DNA from: a virus
IMG/VR virus record: IMGVR_UViG_3300046506_000220
Location: 1-64,000 of that record
Length of the DNA stretch: 64,000 nucleotides
Direction: 5' to 3' (one strand)
The position numbers and the translations under genes were made by a program. Positions 28,901-37,543 of the stretch are shown here, in pieces. Position 1 is the stretch's first letter, and each line of letters begins with the position of its first letter. Below the pieces are notes generated by a model that saw only the letters and a program-made list of their open reading frames with translations, made no database searches and was not told where the DNA came from.

Positions 28901-29573
28901 CCAGAACTCGCTGTTTATCGGCCTGAACGCGATCACCGATGACAAGACCACCTGGGCGCAGTCGACCTTCCCGTGGAATGACCCGATCGCCAACAAGCAG
29001 TGGTCCACACCGGGGGATATTGCCTCGATCGGCTACAGGATGGAGATCGCGACTTCATCCAGCCTGCCTTCAAACGTGCTGTACTCGTGGCGCCTGAATA
29101 ACGTCCTGACGTTTGCCGGCCCTGGTGAGGATGGCGCCGTCACGATCCAGCAGACGGTCACCTACAAGCCCAGCAAGTATGGTTCTGGCCTGTGGTGTCA
29201 GACTGCGCCGCTGCAACCGCTGCCCACGCGGGTTAACTTCAGCGTCAACATCCCGAACGTGTTCAGCACGTCGTTCTGGTTCGTTCCGGACGATCTGACC
29301 GACCACTTCCCGATCGTGAACCTGCAGGGTCGTGATGGCGTGTTCATCAAGATCGGTTATGCCGCGGCGACCCAGACGATCTATGCGCTTGACAACGCCG
29401 GCAGGAAGGTGTCGGTGCCGGCGAATATCGAGGCGGGTGAGCGCTACTTCATCGGCTTTTCGCAGAACGTTAACGAACGGATGATCTGGTTCGGCAAGGA
29501 CGACGGTTCCTGGGCACGCTCGTCGATTGCGCTTCCTGGCATCGGCGCCACCATCAACTACTCGCTCTACTGA
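25974..29573 (+). CDS. Tail tip / host-specificity protein J-like with FN3 domains
   Basis: GAGGG start; LGEGPIRGL, VPTNY, WTNNNAWVLY and CDVMVPDGRGG.QPRYTFN motifs. Confidence 0.9.
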   Translation: MHTNRTLRGAGGGGSGSKNPTRTDDNLFSRDTVEIVLALGEGPIRGLRNGMQSFHVGGTPLMSENGSINFESFNLGVKLGHPGESPINFQLGGEASNTAVGTRLFQGTWITRQTDASLRNDIDQLQVRLQVSTLYVQNDKGSFNNTAHFHIQYRAASSPSWSEYNGSGGIAVTGKTSSGVIVEYAWNVPRINDDWVIRVLKDNPDSSTTDYCDITWESFQMVTASNRTYNRVALLHLVALATSQFSSIPDFAAEVDGLELLVPTNYNTDLHTYDEGTPWNGGFKQTWTNNNAWVLYNLIMNPDWGLAKYYPWITCNRFDFYDAGKWCDVMVPDGRGGWQPRYTFNMEIKDAQSGLDMLQYVAGTFGAVIFDDATGMVHLRVDRWEEPTLLLTPENVSPEGFSYTFTDMASRYNDLEVHFVNPDLDYQGDLRNVTDPNHIALYGHIPNSFEAIGCTSEHEALRRAYYRLITNLTETMTVTCRTARLGRIIDPYRPIYIADPTTGYSTGGRIRSIANNLIYLRDPIYFTVNQNYNLKLQARGGLWTLVVAPDMVGSAYQLRIVSGVIPPDIPDRTVFTIEDNGGFGIAKPFRPLTISPADGSPNEYDITAVEININKQAAADNCTPVGSTQYSFKNPLIPPPPTNLVAESGTAMLFLSQDGTIMARIHASWDPPGTAVIKNYLIHWKESNQSTWFETTSMSESVILAPCKTGVQYDIVVWAISSFDYRSAQLAMWNYTCLGKDEPPSDVQNFNAIKRSQDILLRWDPIADLDRAGYELRLGSNWDTAVVLVTDYAATQFAWTTTQGGSYDFLIRAIDTSHNYSRLPTRTTLRLYGPSAVTGAIAIQSGNRVDLRWNPNPEDNITDYEIREGGTWATAVFVAKVKSTTYAATAGAAGTRIFWLKAIASPGIYSDKATFVTTDIAQSDSTNILYSSDEVAKGFTGPKFNMVSYGQSLRMDDGKTRSEYFFSVNLGDVFRAQNSLFIGLNAITDDKTTWAQSTFPWNDPIANKQWSTPGDIASIGYRMEIATSSSLPSNVLYSWRLNNVLTFAGPGEDGAVTIQQTVTYKPSKYGSGLWCQTAPLQPLPTRVNFSVNIPNVFSTSFWFVPDDLTDHFPIVNLQGRDGVFIKIGYAAATQTIYALDNAGRKVSVPANIEAGERYFIGFSQNVNERMIWFGKDDGSWARSSIALPGIGATINYSLY

Positions 29574-29575
29574 AA

Positions 29576-30037
29576 ATGGCCCATACCATTTCTGACATCG
29601 CGGTGATGAATACGGTGCTCGATGATGACCTTTTCGTTGCGGCACTCAAGGGTGATGCGCCGGTCGGTTTCCAGCCGTTCCAGACGTTCTACCCTGGTGA
29701 CTACCAGTACAGCGAGGCAGTCTTCCGTTTAAGCATGGAATCCACCTCAGGCGACCGCGGCGTGGTTGAGAAGCTGAGCATTACGGTGGATGTACCGGAT
29801 ATTTTCGACCGGGGGCTGCAACTGCTTAACGCCGGAGGCGTGGTACGGGTCTATTTCGCACGGAAGTTTCATGTCCCACCCGTCGTGGTGGTCAGCGTGG
29901 AAAGTGCGAGTGATGCCTGTGTGGCCAAGTTTGATCCGGCCACTGTCACGAAGATGTATTTCGACTGCTTTCTTGAACGCGTCACCGACAAGGTCAAGAT
30001 CGCTGGCGCGCTGACCTGGGCCGCACATGCGTACTGA
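29576..30037 (+). CDS. Tail-associated hypothetical protein
   Basis: Directly follows J; F..PP.V and W.AHAY C-terminus. Confidence 0.6.
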   Translation: MAHTISDIAVMNTVLDDDLFVAALKGDAPVGFQPFQTFYPGDYQYSEAVFRLSMESTSGDRGVVEKLSITVDVPDIFDRGLQLLNAGGVVRVYFARKFHVPPVVVVSVESASDACVAKFDPATVTKMYFDCFLERVTDKVKIAGALTWAAHAY

Positions 30038-30047
30038 AACAAAGTCC

Positions 30048-30083
30048 TTGGGGGCGCTCATCCGCGCCATTAAAATTTCGGCA
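30048..30083 (+). promoter_or_regulatory. Putative promoter of the fibre/radical SAM operon
   Basis: TTGGGG-N17-TAAAAT; the 13-mer TAAAATTTCGGCA is shared with 34038-34050. Confidence 0.5.
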
Positions 30084-30100
30084 AGCTAACGGACATCACC

Positions 30101-31603
30101 ATGCAAGGCTATACACAGATCCCCGACAGCGAGCGGGTTTCCGACTCGCTGATCCCGCTGCTCACGAATGATCAGGTGGCGATTTCGCGCAACGCGGGGT
30201 CGGCCTTCCCGACGTCCGGTCTGGTGGTGGGCATGCCGTATCTGGCGGTCAGTGAAAACAAGCTCTACCGGCTGACCAGCCTCGCGCCGCTGACCTGGGT
30301 CGTGGAGCTGGACTACAACATCGCCTATGCGACGGTGAATGATATTGCCGCGTCCAATGCGAACGCCAACCTGCGCATGTTGCGCAGCGGCGACCTGATG
30401 ACGGGTTTTCTGACCCTGTTCAATGATCCGACGCAGGCGCTGCACGCCGCGCCCAAGCGCTACGTCGACAACCAGATGGCCATCGCCGCGACCAGTGCGA
30501 ACGCCCGCGTGGCGCGCAGCGGCGACCTGATGACGGGCTACCTGACGTTGGTCGGGGACCCCTCCCAGCCCTATCACGCCGCGACCAAAAACTATGCTGA
30601 CTACCTGTACAACGCGCTGAACAGCGCGAAGGTGGGCCGCAACAGCGACACCTTCAACGAGGTTTACAACAACGGCTGGTACCGCTCGAATGGCGCGGTC
30701 GGCTGGTACAGCCAGAGCTATGGCGGCGGCATCTGGATGGCTGACCCCTACTATGTGAGCGTGTATGGCGGCAAGGGCTTTCGCACCGACACCCACACGC
30801 TGGAGATCGGCACGGGTGGCATCTGGACCGCGCGCTACGGCTGGCTTGAAAACCGCTTCGCCGGCAAGGGCGCGGAAGACCGGATCAACGGCACGGCGAC
30901 GGTTGACGCCGGTTCGGGCGGTGTCCTTGCCCCTGCGTCTTTCTACCTTGACCGTAGCGGCTCGGCCGCGCGCCTCGTGCGCGTCTACGGCAACTGCAAC
31001 TGCAACTGCGCGTGCACGTGCTTCCCGGCCGGCACGCCGATCCTGCTGGGCGATGGCAAAACGTGGATGTCCGTCGAACACATCCGCCCGGGCGACATGG
31101 TGATGACGCCGCTTGGGCCGATGCCCGTGCTCGAGGTGGAAACGCCTGTTCTCGGCGATCGCAGGATGCTCGGCTTTGCTGACGATCCGTTTGTACGCTG
31201 GACCGACGATCACGCATTCTGGACGCGCCGCGATGGTCGCGAAGGCCTCGCCGTGGCCGATCGCGCGAGCTTCATGCGTGGCGTCGAGCTGGGCGTCGTG
31301 CGCGGCCTTCCGGATAACGATGCGGTGCTCGAGCTTGACGATGAGCGCGACGAATTCGCGCACTTTATGGGCGGCTGGGTTCGCCAGAAGGTGGTCGATT
31401 TCACCGACGGGCACGCGCCCGATACGCGCGTGTACCTGCCGATCGTGGGCGGCTGTCACCTGATCATTGCCGCCGGCTACGTGATGAGCGGCGGCGCCAA
31501 CGGCTTTGACTTCGACTATCACTCGCTCGACTGGGATGCCATGCAGCGCCAGCGGTATTCCGGGAACTCACCCAGGGGGACTGCCCATGCTGCTGGTCCA
31601 TAA
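30101..31603 (+). CDS. Tail fibre with Cys-rich motif and C-terminal Hint domain
   Basis: Two RSGDLMTG.LTL..DP....HAA.K.Y.D fibre repeats; NNGWYRS..GW...YGGGIWM.D; GNCNCNCACT then CFPAGTPILLGDG..VEHIRPGDMV; WTDDHAFW; RVYLPIVGGCHLIIAAGYVM. Confidence 0.8.
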   Translation: MQGYTQIPDSERVSDSLIPLLTNDQVAISRNAGSAFPTSGLVVGMPYLAVSENKLYRLTSLAPLTWVVELDYNIAYATVNDIAASNANANLRMLRSGDLMTGFLTLFNDPTQALHAAPKRYVDNQMAIAATSANARVARSGDLMTGYLTLVGDPSQPYHAATKNYADYLYNALNSAKVGRNSDTFNEVYNNGWYRSNGAVGWYSQSYGGGIWMADPYYVSVYGGKGFRTDTHTLEIGTGGIWTARYGWLENRFAGKGAEDRINGTATVDAGSGGVLAPASFYLDRSGSAARLVRVYGNCNCNCACTCFPAGTPILLGDGKTWMSVEHIRPGDMVMTPLGPMPVLEVETPVLGDRRMLGFADDPFVRWTDDHAFWTRRDGREGLAVADRASFMRGVELGVVRGLPDNDAVLELDDERDEFAHFMGGWVRQKVVDFTDGHAPDTRVYLPIVGGCHLIIAAGYVMSGGANGFDFDYHSLDWDAMQRQRYSGNSPRGTAHAAGP

Positions 31604-32318
31604 ATCCCTCATTGCCACCGAGCTGACGGTTGAAGAGGCACAGCAGGTTACCGACATCGTCAACGTGCTGCCGACGGACACCGGCTTCGTGATGCAGTGC
31701 CCGTCGCTGAGCCTCTACTGGCAGTTCAACCTGGAGCTGGTCGAGCACGGTAACGACATCCTGTACCTGAACCGTACGCGCGCGGGCCAGTGGACGGTCA
31801 TGTGGGCGACCGACCTGCACGAGTCGAAAGACAGCTGGTCATCGGTGATGCTGCGCAAGAACCTGGATGAGTTCCGCCCGCTGGTAATGATCGGCATCAG
31901 CCCCGACAGGAAGGACTACACCGCGATCTTCTTCTGTAACACCCGTGAGCCGAACAATCCGCAGCCGCTGGTTGATGACACCACCGAGACGGGTGACATG
32001 TCGATGAAGCGCCTGATGCCCGGCATCGAGCCGCTGCTGCAACGTCACTGGGCGAAGCACAAGCTCCTGAAGGGTGTGAAGACCAATGACTCGCTGGCCG
32101 CGCTCGAAGCGCAGGTGGACCTGCTGACGTTCTGGCTGCTCGAGTACCTGCCCGAGGACAAGCGCCAGAAACTCCTTGACGCAGGGGTGCTGAAACTCAA
32201 GGATGAAGAGACACTTTTCGATGACGTGATCGCCTACAAGACCCGCCTGCGTGAACGGCAGGCGCTCTACCTTGCGACGCTGAGCCAGTATGACAACCTT
32301 CGTCCTGAAAACGGTTGA
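31587..32318 (+). CDS. Hypothetical accessory protein of the fibre/radical SAM operon
   Basis: AGGGGG RBS; overlaps both neighbours; short coiled coil LAALEAQVDLL. Confidence 0.65.
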   Translation: MLLVHKSLIATELTVEEAQQVTDIVNVLPTDTGFVMQCPSLSLYWQFNLELVEHGNDILYLNRTRAGQWTVMWATDLHESKDSWSSVMLRKNLDEFRPLVMIGISPDRKDYTAIFFCNTREPNNPQPLVDDTTETGDMSMKRLMPGIEPLLQRHWAKHKLLKGVKTNDSLAALEAQVDLLTFWLLEYLPEDKRQKLLDAGVLKLKDEETLFDDVIAYKTRLRERQALYLATLSQYDNLRPENG

Positions 32319-33654
32319 CGCGACGGGTACCGGGCGCGACTTCTTCTACAACAACATGCGCAGCACGCTGGTGGATGCCGTCACCGGCCGCAGCGTCGTG
32401 CCGCTCACCGAGGCGCCTGAGCGCGCGCCGTTCCAGCATCCAGGCCGCAAGGACCACACGATCCGCACGCTCAAGATCCAGCTCGGTCTCTCGTGCAACT
32501 ACAGCTGCGAGTATTGCAGCCAGCGCTTCGTGCCGCATGCGCAGCCGACCGGCCCCTACTCGGTTGACCAGTTCATCTCGCGCCTGTCGTGGAACGCGTC
32601 GCTCGCGGACGATGCGACGATCGAGTTCTGGGGGGGCGAGCCGCTCGTCTACTGGAAGACGCTGGTGCCACTGGTTGAGCAGCTGCGCATCCGCTATCCG
32701 GCGCTGACCCTGAAGATGATCACCAACGGCTCGCTGCTCGACCCGATGAAAGCAGGCTGGCTGATCTCGCAGGGTTTTCACATCGGCCTCTCGCATGATG
32801 GTCCTGGGCAGGTCGCGCGTGGTCCGGATCCGCTCGACGAACCCGCCACGCGCGAGGCGATCCTGATGTTGTACCGGCGACTGGCGCCACTTGGGCGCAT
32901 GTCGTTCAACACGATGCTGCACAGGGACAATCGGTCGCGAAAAGCGGTACAGGCGTTTTTCGTCGAGCTGACGGGCGATGAGCATGTGTCCATTGGCGAG
33001 GGCATGTTCGTCGATGCGTACGATGAGGGCGGCAAGGGCATGTCGATGCCGGATCCGCATGACCACATCGATTACCGCCGCCAGGCGTTCGAGGAGCTGC
33101 GCACCGGCCAGGCGCTGAACTTCATGAATGTCACGCAGAAGATCCAGGATTTCGCCCAGTCGGTTGCGACCGGCCGGCCGGCCTCGACGGTCGGCCAGAA
33201 ATGCGGATCCGATCGCGCCGACAGCCTGACGGTGACGCTCGAAGGCGATGTGCTGACCTGCCAGAATGTCTCGGCCGTGGCGGTGGCACCGAACGGCACG
33301 CCACATCGTGCGGGGTCGCTCGATGATCTGCAGTCGGTGCAGCTCACCTCGTCGCGTCACTGGTCGACGCGTTCGCACTGTTCGGGCTGTCCGGTTCTGC
33401 AGCTGTGCAAGGGCAGCTGCATGTTCCTCGAGGGGGACCTGTGGAACGTCACCTGTGACAGCGCGTATAGCGATAACGTGGTGTTCCTCGCAACCGCCCT
33501 GCTCGAGCTGACAGGCTGCACCCTGAAGCGCATCGAGCCGATGACGGGCAGTCTGCCTGAGCCCCGCCAGAACGTCTTTGGGCCGCTCGCCACGCCGCGG
33601 GCCGCACCCGCACCCCGCAAGATCATCTGGATCAGAACGGAGACACCATCTTGA
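32290..33654 (+). CDS. Radical SAM enzyme with SPASM domain
   Basis: CNYSCEYC (CxxxCxxC), FWGGEPL, ITNGSLL and SHDG; SPASM cysteines CG..GDVLTCQ..CSGCPVLQLCKGSC..C. Confidence 0.92.
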   Translation: MTTFVLKTVDATGTGRDFFYNNMRSTLVDAVTGRSVVPLTEAPERAPFQHPGRKDHTIRTLKIQLGLSCNYSCEYCSQRFVPHAQPTGPYSVDQFISRLSWNASLADDATIEFWGGEPLVYWKTLVPLVEQLRIRYPALTLKMITNGSLLDPMKAGWLISQGFHIGLSHDGPGQVARGPDPLDEPATREAILMLYRRLAPLGRMSFNTMLHRDNRSRKAVQAFFVELTGDEHVSIGEGMFVDAYDEGGKGMSMPDPHDHIDYRRQAFEELRTGQALNFMNVTQKIQDFAQSVATGRPASTVGQKCGSDRADSLTVTLEGDVLTCQNVSAVAVAPNGTPHRAGSLDDLQSVQLTSSRHWSTRSHCSGCPVLQLCKGSCMFLEGDLWNVTCDSAYSDNVVFLATALLELTGCTLKRIEPMTGSLPEPRQNVFGPLATPRAAPAPRKIIWIRTETPS

Positions 33655-33956
33655 ACGACGATCAGGCACAGCAACAGCAACTCGACCCGCAAGGTGTGCA
33701 GTTCACCATCCGGGCGCTGCAGGACCAGCGTAATGAGCAGGCTGATCGCGCAGCTCAGGCCACGGCTGTGGTCCAGCAACTGCAGGCCCGGATCGAGCAG
33801 CATGTGAAGCGCGATGCTCAACTGCAATCGCAGCTCGATGACATGAAAAACCAGCTTGAACTGACGAAGTCGGCACTGGCTGATGTGCAGACACGCGCGA
33901 CGGGCATGGGCGTGGTGAATGTTGCGATAAAGAGCGCGACCGGGGCGAATGGTTAG
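33651..33956 (+). CDS. Gln-rich coiled-coil hypothetical protein
   Basis: TTG start after GGAG, overlapping the radical SAM stop. Confidence 0.6.
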   Translation: MNDDQAQQQQLDPQGVQFTIRALQDQRNEQADRAAQATAVVQQLQARIEQHVKRDAQLQSQLDDMKNQLELTKSALADVQTRATGMGVVNVAIKSATGANG

Positions 33957-34013
33957 TTCTGGTTAGAAAGGATACCGAAACGTATCATTTCGTTGGCGGT
34001 GCGAATAAACTCT

Positions 34014-34050
34014 TTGGCCAAGCCCTGCCCCTCCCCGTAAAATTTCGGCA
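34014..34050 (+). promoter_or_regulatory. Putative promoter of the second fibre module
   Basis: TTGGCC-N18-TAAAAT followed by TTCGGCA. Confidence 0.45.
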
Positions 34051-34075
34051 CTCACCCACCACTGAGTGCTGATTC

Positions 34076-37000
34076 ATGGCCAACAGCGGCGCCCCCACCA
34101 ACGCGGATGGTGCAACGGTCACGACCGTGCTGGCGCCCGTTGCCTCGACGACACCGCATGCGCCGATCGCGATGCTGTATGGTCTCGGCCCACCGATCAG
34201 CAGCATCGGGGTCGAGGGCGCGTTCTACCGGGACATGAACAACGATGACATGTACGGTCCCAAGGCGGGCGGTGTGTGGCCTGACGCGTACAGCATCCGT
34301 GGCTGGAAAGGTGACCAGGGTGTGCAGGGTGAGGTTGGGACGCTCAACCCGGACGACCAGGCCTACATCGACGCGGCGAAGACCGCTACGGATGCCAACC
34401 GCACCGCTGCTGCTGCCAGTCAGGCTGCTGCCGCGACCAGCGCAACCAGTGCGGGGACGTCAGCCACCAATGCGCATACGAGCGAAACGAACGCAGCTGC
34501 AAGTCAGGCCGCCGCCGTAACAAGCCAGGCCGCCGCCGACGCATCGAAGACGGCCGCGGCCGGCAGCGCGACGCAGGCCGACACCTCGAAAAATGCTGCG
34601 GCGACGAGTGCCGGCGCGGCGAGCACCTCGGCGACCGCTGCGGACCAGTCGAAGCAGGCCGCCGCGACGAGTGCTACCGCCGCAGCCGGCAGCGCTACCG
34701 CCGCTGATACGTCGAAGACGGCAGCGGACGCCAGCAAGACTGCTGCGGCCGGCAGTGCGACGGCAGCAGGCAACAGCGCGACGGCCGCCGCCCTTTCCGC
34801 AACCAGCATCGGTAACTCGGAAACGAATGCCCTCGCCTCGAAGAACGCGGCGGCTGCGAGCGCCAGCGCCGCCGACGTATCGAAGACGGCCGCTGCCGGC
34901 AGTGCCACCGCAGCCGCTACGAGTGCGACGGGCGCGGCCAGCTCGAAGACGGGCGCTGACAACAGTGCCACGGCAGCGGCTGGTAGCGCGACGGCAGCGG
35001 ATGCCAGCAAGACTGCTGCTGCCGGCAGTGCGACGGCAGCGGATGCCAGCAAGAGCGCTGCTGCGGGTTCCGCCAGTGCCGCAGCCGGCAGCGCCACAGC
35101 AGCGGACGCCAGCAAGAGCGCTGCCGCTCTTTCCGCCAGCAGCATCGGTAGCTCGGAAACGAACGCCCTGGCTTCGGCCAATGCAGCGGCGGCGAGTGCG
35201 AGCGCCGCCGACGTATCGAAGACGGATGCTGCCACGAGCGCGACGGAGGCTGGGTCGAGTGCGACGGCAGCAGCCACGAGCGCGACGGAGGCTGATGACA
35301 GCGCTGCTGCAGCAGCCGGTAGTGCAACGGCAGCGGATACCAGCAAGACGGCTGCCGATGCATCGAAGACAGCTGCTGCCGGTAGTGCAACGGCCGCTGC
35401 CGGCAGTGCGACGGCAGCAGGCAACAGCGCCGCCGCCGCGAGCGCCAGTGCCGCCAGCATCGGTAGCTCGGAAACCAATGCCCTGGCCTCGGCGGATGCA
35501 GCGGCAGCCAGTGCCAGCGCCGCCGACGTATCGAAGACGGCCGCTGCCGACAGTGCAACGGCCGCTGCCGGCAGTGCCGCCGCAGCCGCGACGAGTGCGA
35601 CGGCGGCAGCCACCTCGAAGACGGGGGCTGACAACAGCGCTGCTGCAGCGGATGCCAGCAAGACGGCTGCGGCAGGTTCCGCCAGTGCCGCAGCCGGCAG
35701 TGCGACAGCAGCAGGCGACAGCGCGACGGCGGCAGGCGACAGCGCGACGGCGGCAGGCGACAGCGCGACGGCCGCTGCCCTGTCGGCCACCAGCCTCGGT
35801 AACTCGGAAACGAACGCCCTGGCTTCGGCCAATGCAGCGGCTGCGAGCGCGACGGACGCAGCCGGCAGCGCGACGCAGGCCGATACATCGAAGCAGGCGG
35901 CGGCGACGAGCGCAGGTGCTGCGAGCAGCTCAGCCACGGCAGCGGACCAGTCGAAGCAGGCGGCAGCGACGAGCGCCACGGCCGCCGCCGCGAGTGCCAC
36001 CGCTGCTGACACCTCGAAGAACGCCGCAGCCGGCAGCGCGACAGCGGCAGGTAATAGCGCGACAGCGGCAGGCGATAGCGCCACGGCGGCAGGCAACAGC
36101 GCCGCCAGCATCGGCAACTCGGAGACGAACGCACTGGCCTCGGCTAATGCTGCGGCGGCCAGCGCGACGCAGGCCGATACATCGAAGCAGGTGGCGGCGA
36201 CGAGCGCGAGCGCAGCCGCGACGAGTGCGACGGCGGCAGCCACCTCGAAGACGGGGGCTGATAACAGTGCCACGGCAGCAGCTGGCAGCGCCACGGCAGC
36301 GGATGCGTCGAAGACGGCTGCTGCTGGTAGTGCCACGGCAGCAGGTAACAGCGCCACAGCAGCGGACGCCAGCAAGACTGCTGCGGCCAGCAGCGCCACG
36401 GCAGCGGCCACCTCCGTCGCCAGCATCGGTAACTCGGAAACGAATGCCCTGGCCTCGGCCAATGCCGCTGCGGCGAGCGCTGCTGCCGCCGATACATCGA
36501 AGAATGCTGCGGCGACGAGTGCAGGTGCAGCCGCAACTAGTGCGACGGGCGCGGCCACCTCGAAGACGGGGGCGGACAACAGCGCCACGGCAGCGGATGC
36601 CAGCAAGACTGCAGCGGCTGGTAGCGCCAGTGCTGCTGACACCTCGAAGACCGCTGCTGCCGGCAGCGCGACGGCAGCGGCCGGTAGCGCCACGGCGGCG
36701 GACACCAGCAGGACAGCTGCCGCAGGTTCTGCTACTGCAGCAGCTGACAGCGCCACGGCGGCAGGCAACAGCGCGACCGCGGCGGCTAACAGCGCATCGG
36801 GTGCAGCAACCAGCGCGAACAATGCCTCAGCAACGTTAGCGAACGCCCTGACGAAGGCTAATAACCTGTCCGATGTGGCTGATGCTGCCACCGCGCGCTC
36901 GAACCTCGGGCTGGGCACGGCAGCTACGCACCCCGTCGGGGACCTGCTCCAGACGGCGAACAACCTGTCCGACGTGACCCCCGCCACCGCGCGCTCGAAC

Positions 37001-37543
37001 CTCGGGCTGGGCACGGTTGCCACGCACCCCGTCGGGGACCTGCTCCAGACGGCGAACAACCTGTCGGACCTCCAGAGTGCATCGACCGCGCGCTCGAACC
37101 TCGGGCTGGGCACGGCAGCTACGCACCCGCTCACGGACTTCGTCCAGCCGACGAACAACCTGTCGGACGTGCAGAACGCGGGGACCGCGCGAGCCAACAT
37201 CGGGGCCAATGTGTACGACATTGCGCTGTCGATTGAAGGCAAGACAACCAACGCAGAGCTGGTGTTCAACTTTGTGGTGGGGCGTGCCTTCACCTGGCCC
37301 GCGAACCTTACCGGCTCCGCGGCGAAAGCGTCCGTTGCAGCAACCGCTTCAGCGACCTTCTCGATCACGCAGAACGGTGGCGCGATTGGCTCTTTCAACT
37401 TTGCAGCCAGTGCCACGGTTGCCACGTTCACTTTCGCTTCTCCCGTGACCTTTGCCGCAGGCGACCTGATCCAGATTACGGCTCCGGCGACCGCTGATAC
37501 CACCCTCGCGAATATCGGCGTGACCTTTGCAGGAACACGGTGA
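34076..37543 (+). CDS. Long side tail fibre (Stf-like, Ala/Ser/Thr repeats)
   Basis: About 800 aa of SKTAAAGSATAA and SETNALAS repeats; NNLSD..TARSNLGLG repeats near the C-terminus. Confidence 0.8.
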   Translation: MANSGAPTNADGATVTTVLAPVASTTPHAPIAMLYGLGPPISSIGVEGAFYRDMNNDDMYGPKAGGVWPDAYSIRGWKGDQGVQGEVGTLNPDDQAYIDAAKTATDANRTAAAASQAAAATSATSAGTSATNAHTSETNAAASQAAAVTSQAAADASKTAAAGSATQADTSKNAAATSAGAASTSATAADQSKQAAATSATAAAGSATAADTSKTAADASKTAAAGSATAAGNSATAAALSATSIGNSETNALASKNAAAASASAADVSKTAAAGSATAAATSATGAASSKTGADNSATAAAGSATAADASKTAAAGSATAADASKSAAAGSASAAAGSATAADASKSAAALSASSIGSSETNALASANAAAASASAADVSKTDAATSATEAGSSATAAATSATEADDSAAAAAGSATAADTSKTAADASKTAAAGSATAAAGSATAAGNSAAAASASAASIGSSETNALASADAAAASASAADVSKTAAADSATAAAGSAAAAATSATAAATSKTGADNSAAAADASKTAAAGSASAAAGSATAAGDSATAAGDSATAAGDSATAAALSATSLGNSETNALASANAAAASATDAAGSATQADTSKQAAATSAGAASSSATAADQSKQAAATSATAAAASATAADTSKNAAAGSATAAGNSATAAGDSATAAGNSAASIGNSETNALASANAAAASATQADTSKQVAATSASAAATSATAAATSKTGADNSATAAAGSATAADASKTAAAGSATAAGNSATAADASKTAAASSATAAATSVASIGNSETNALASANAAAASAAAADTSKNAAATSAGAAATSATGAATSKTGADNSATAADASKTAAAGSASAADTSKTAAAGSATAAAGSATAADTSRTAAAGSATAAADSATAAGNSATAAANSASGAATSANNASATLANALTKANNLSDVADAATARSNLGLGTAATHPVGDLLQTANNLSDVTPATARSNLGLGTVATHPVGDLLQTANNLSDLQSASTARSNLGLGTAATHPLTDFVQPTNNLSDVQNAGTARANIGANVYDIALSIEGKTTNAELVFNFVVGRAFTWPANLTGSAAKASVAATASATFSITQNGGAIGSFNFAASATVATFTFASPVTFAAGDLIQITAPATADTTLANIGVTFAGTR
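36860..37205 (+). repeat. About 100-bp tandem repeat (NNLSD..ARSNLGLG..ATHP) x4
   Basis: ACCGCGCGCTCGAACCTCGGGCTGGGCACGG recurs near 36890, 36986 and 37085; a diverged fourth unit follows. Confidence 0.85.

Noticed and set aside
31019-31500. Canonical splicing intein
   Set aside because: No terminal His-Asn followed by Cys/Ser/Thr and no endonuclease domain; treated as a cleavage-only Hint domain.
34504-37503. 999-aa antisense ORF and 748-aa alternate-frame ORF
   Set aside because: Shadows of the repetitive, GC-rich Ala/Ser/Thr fibre gene.
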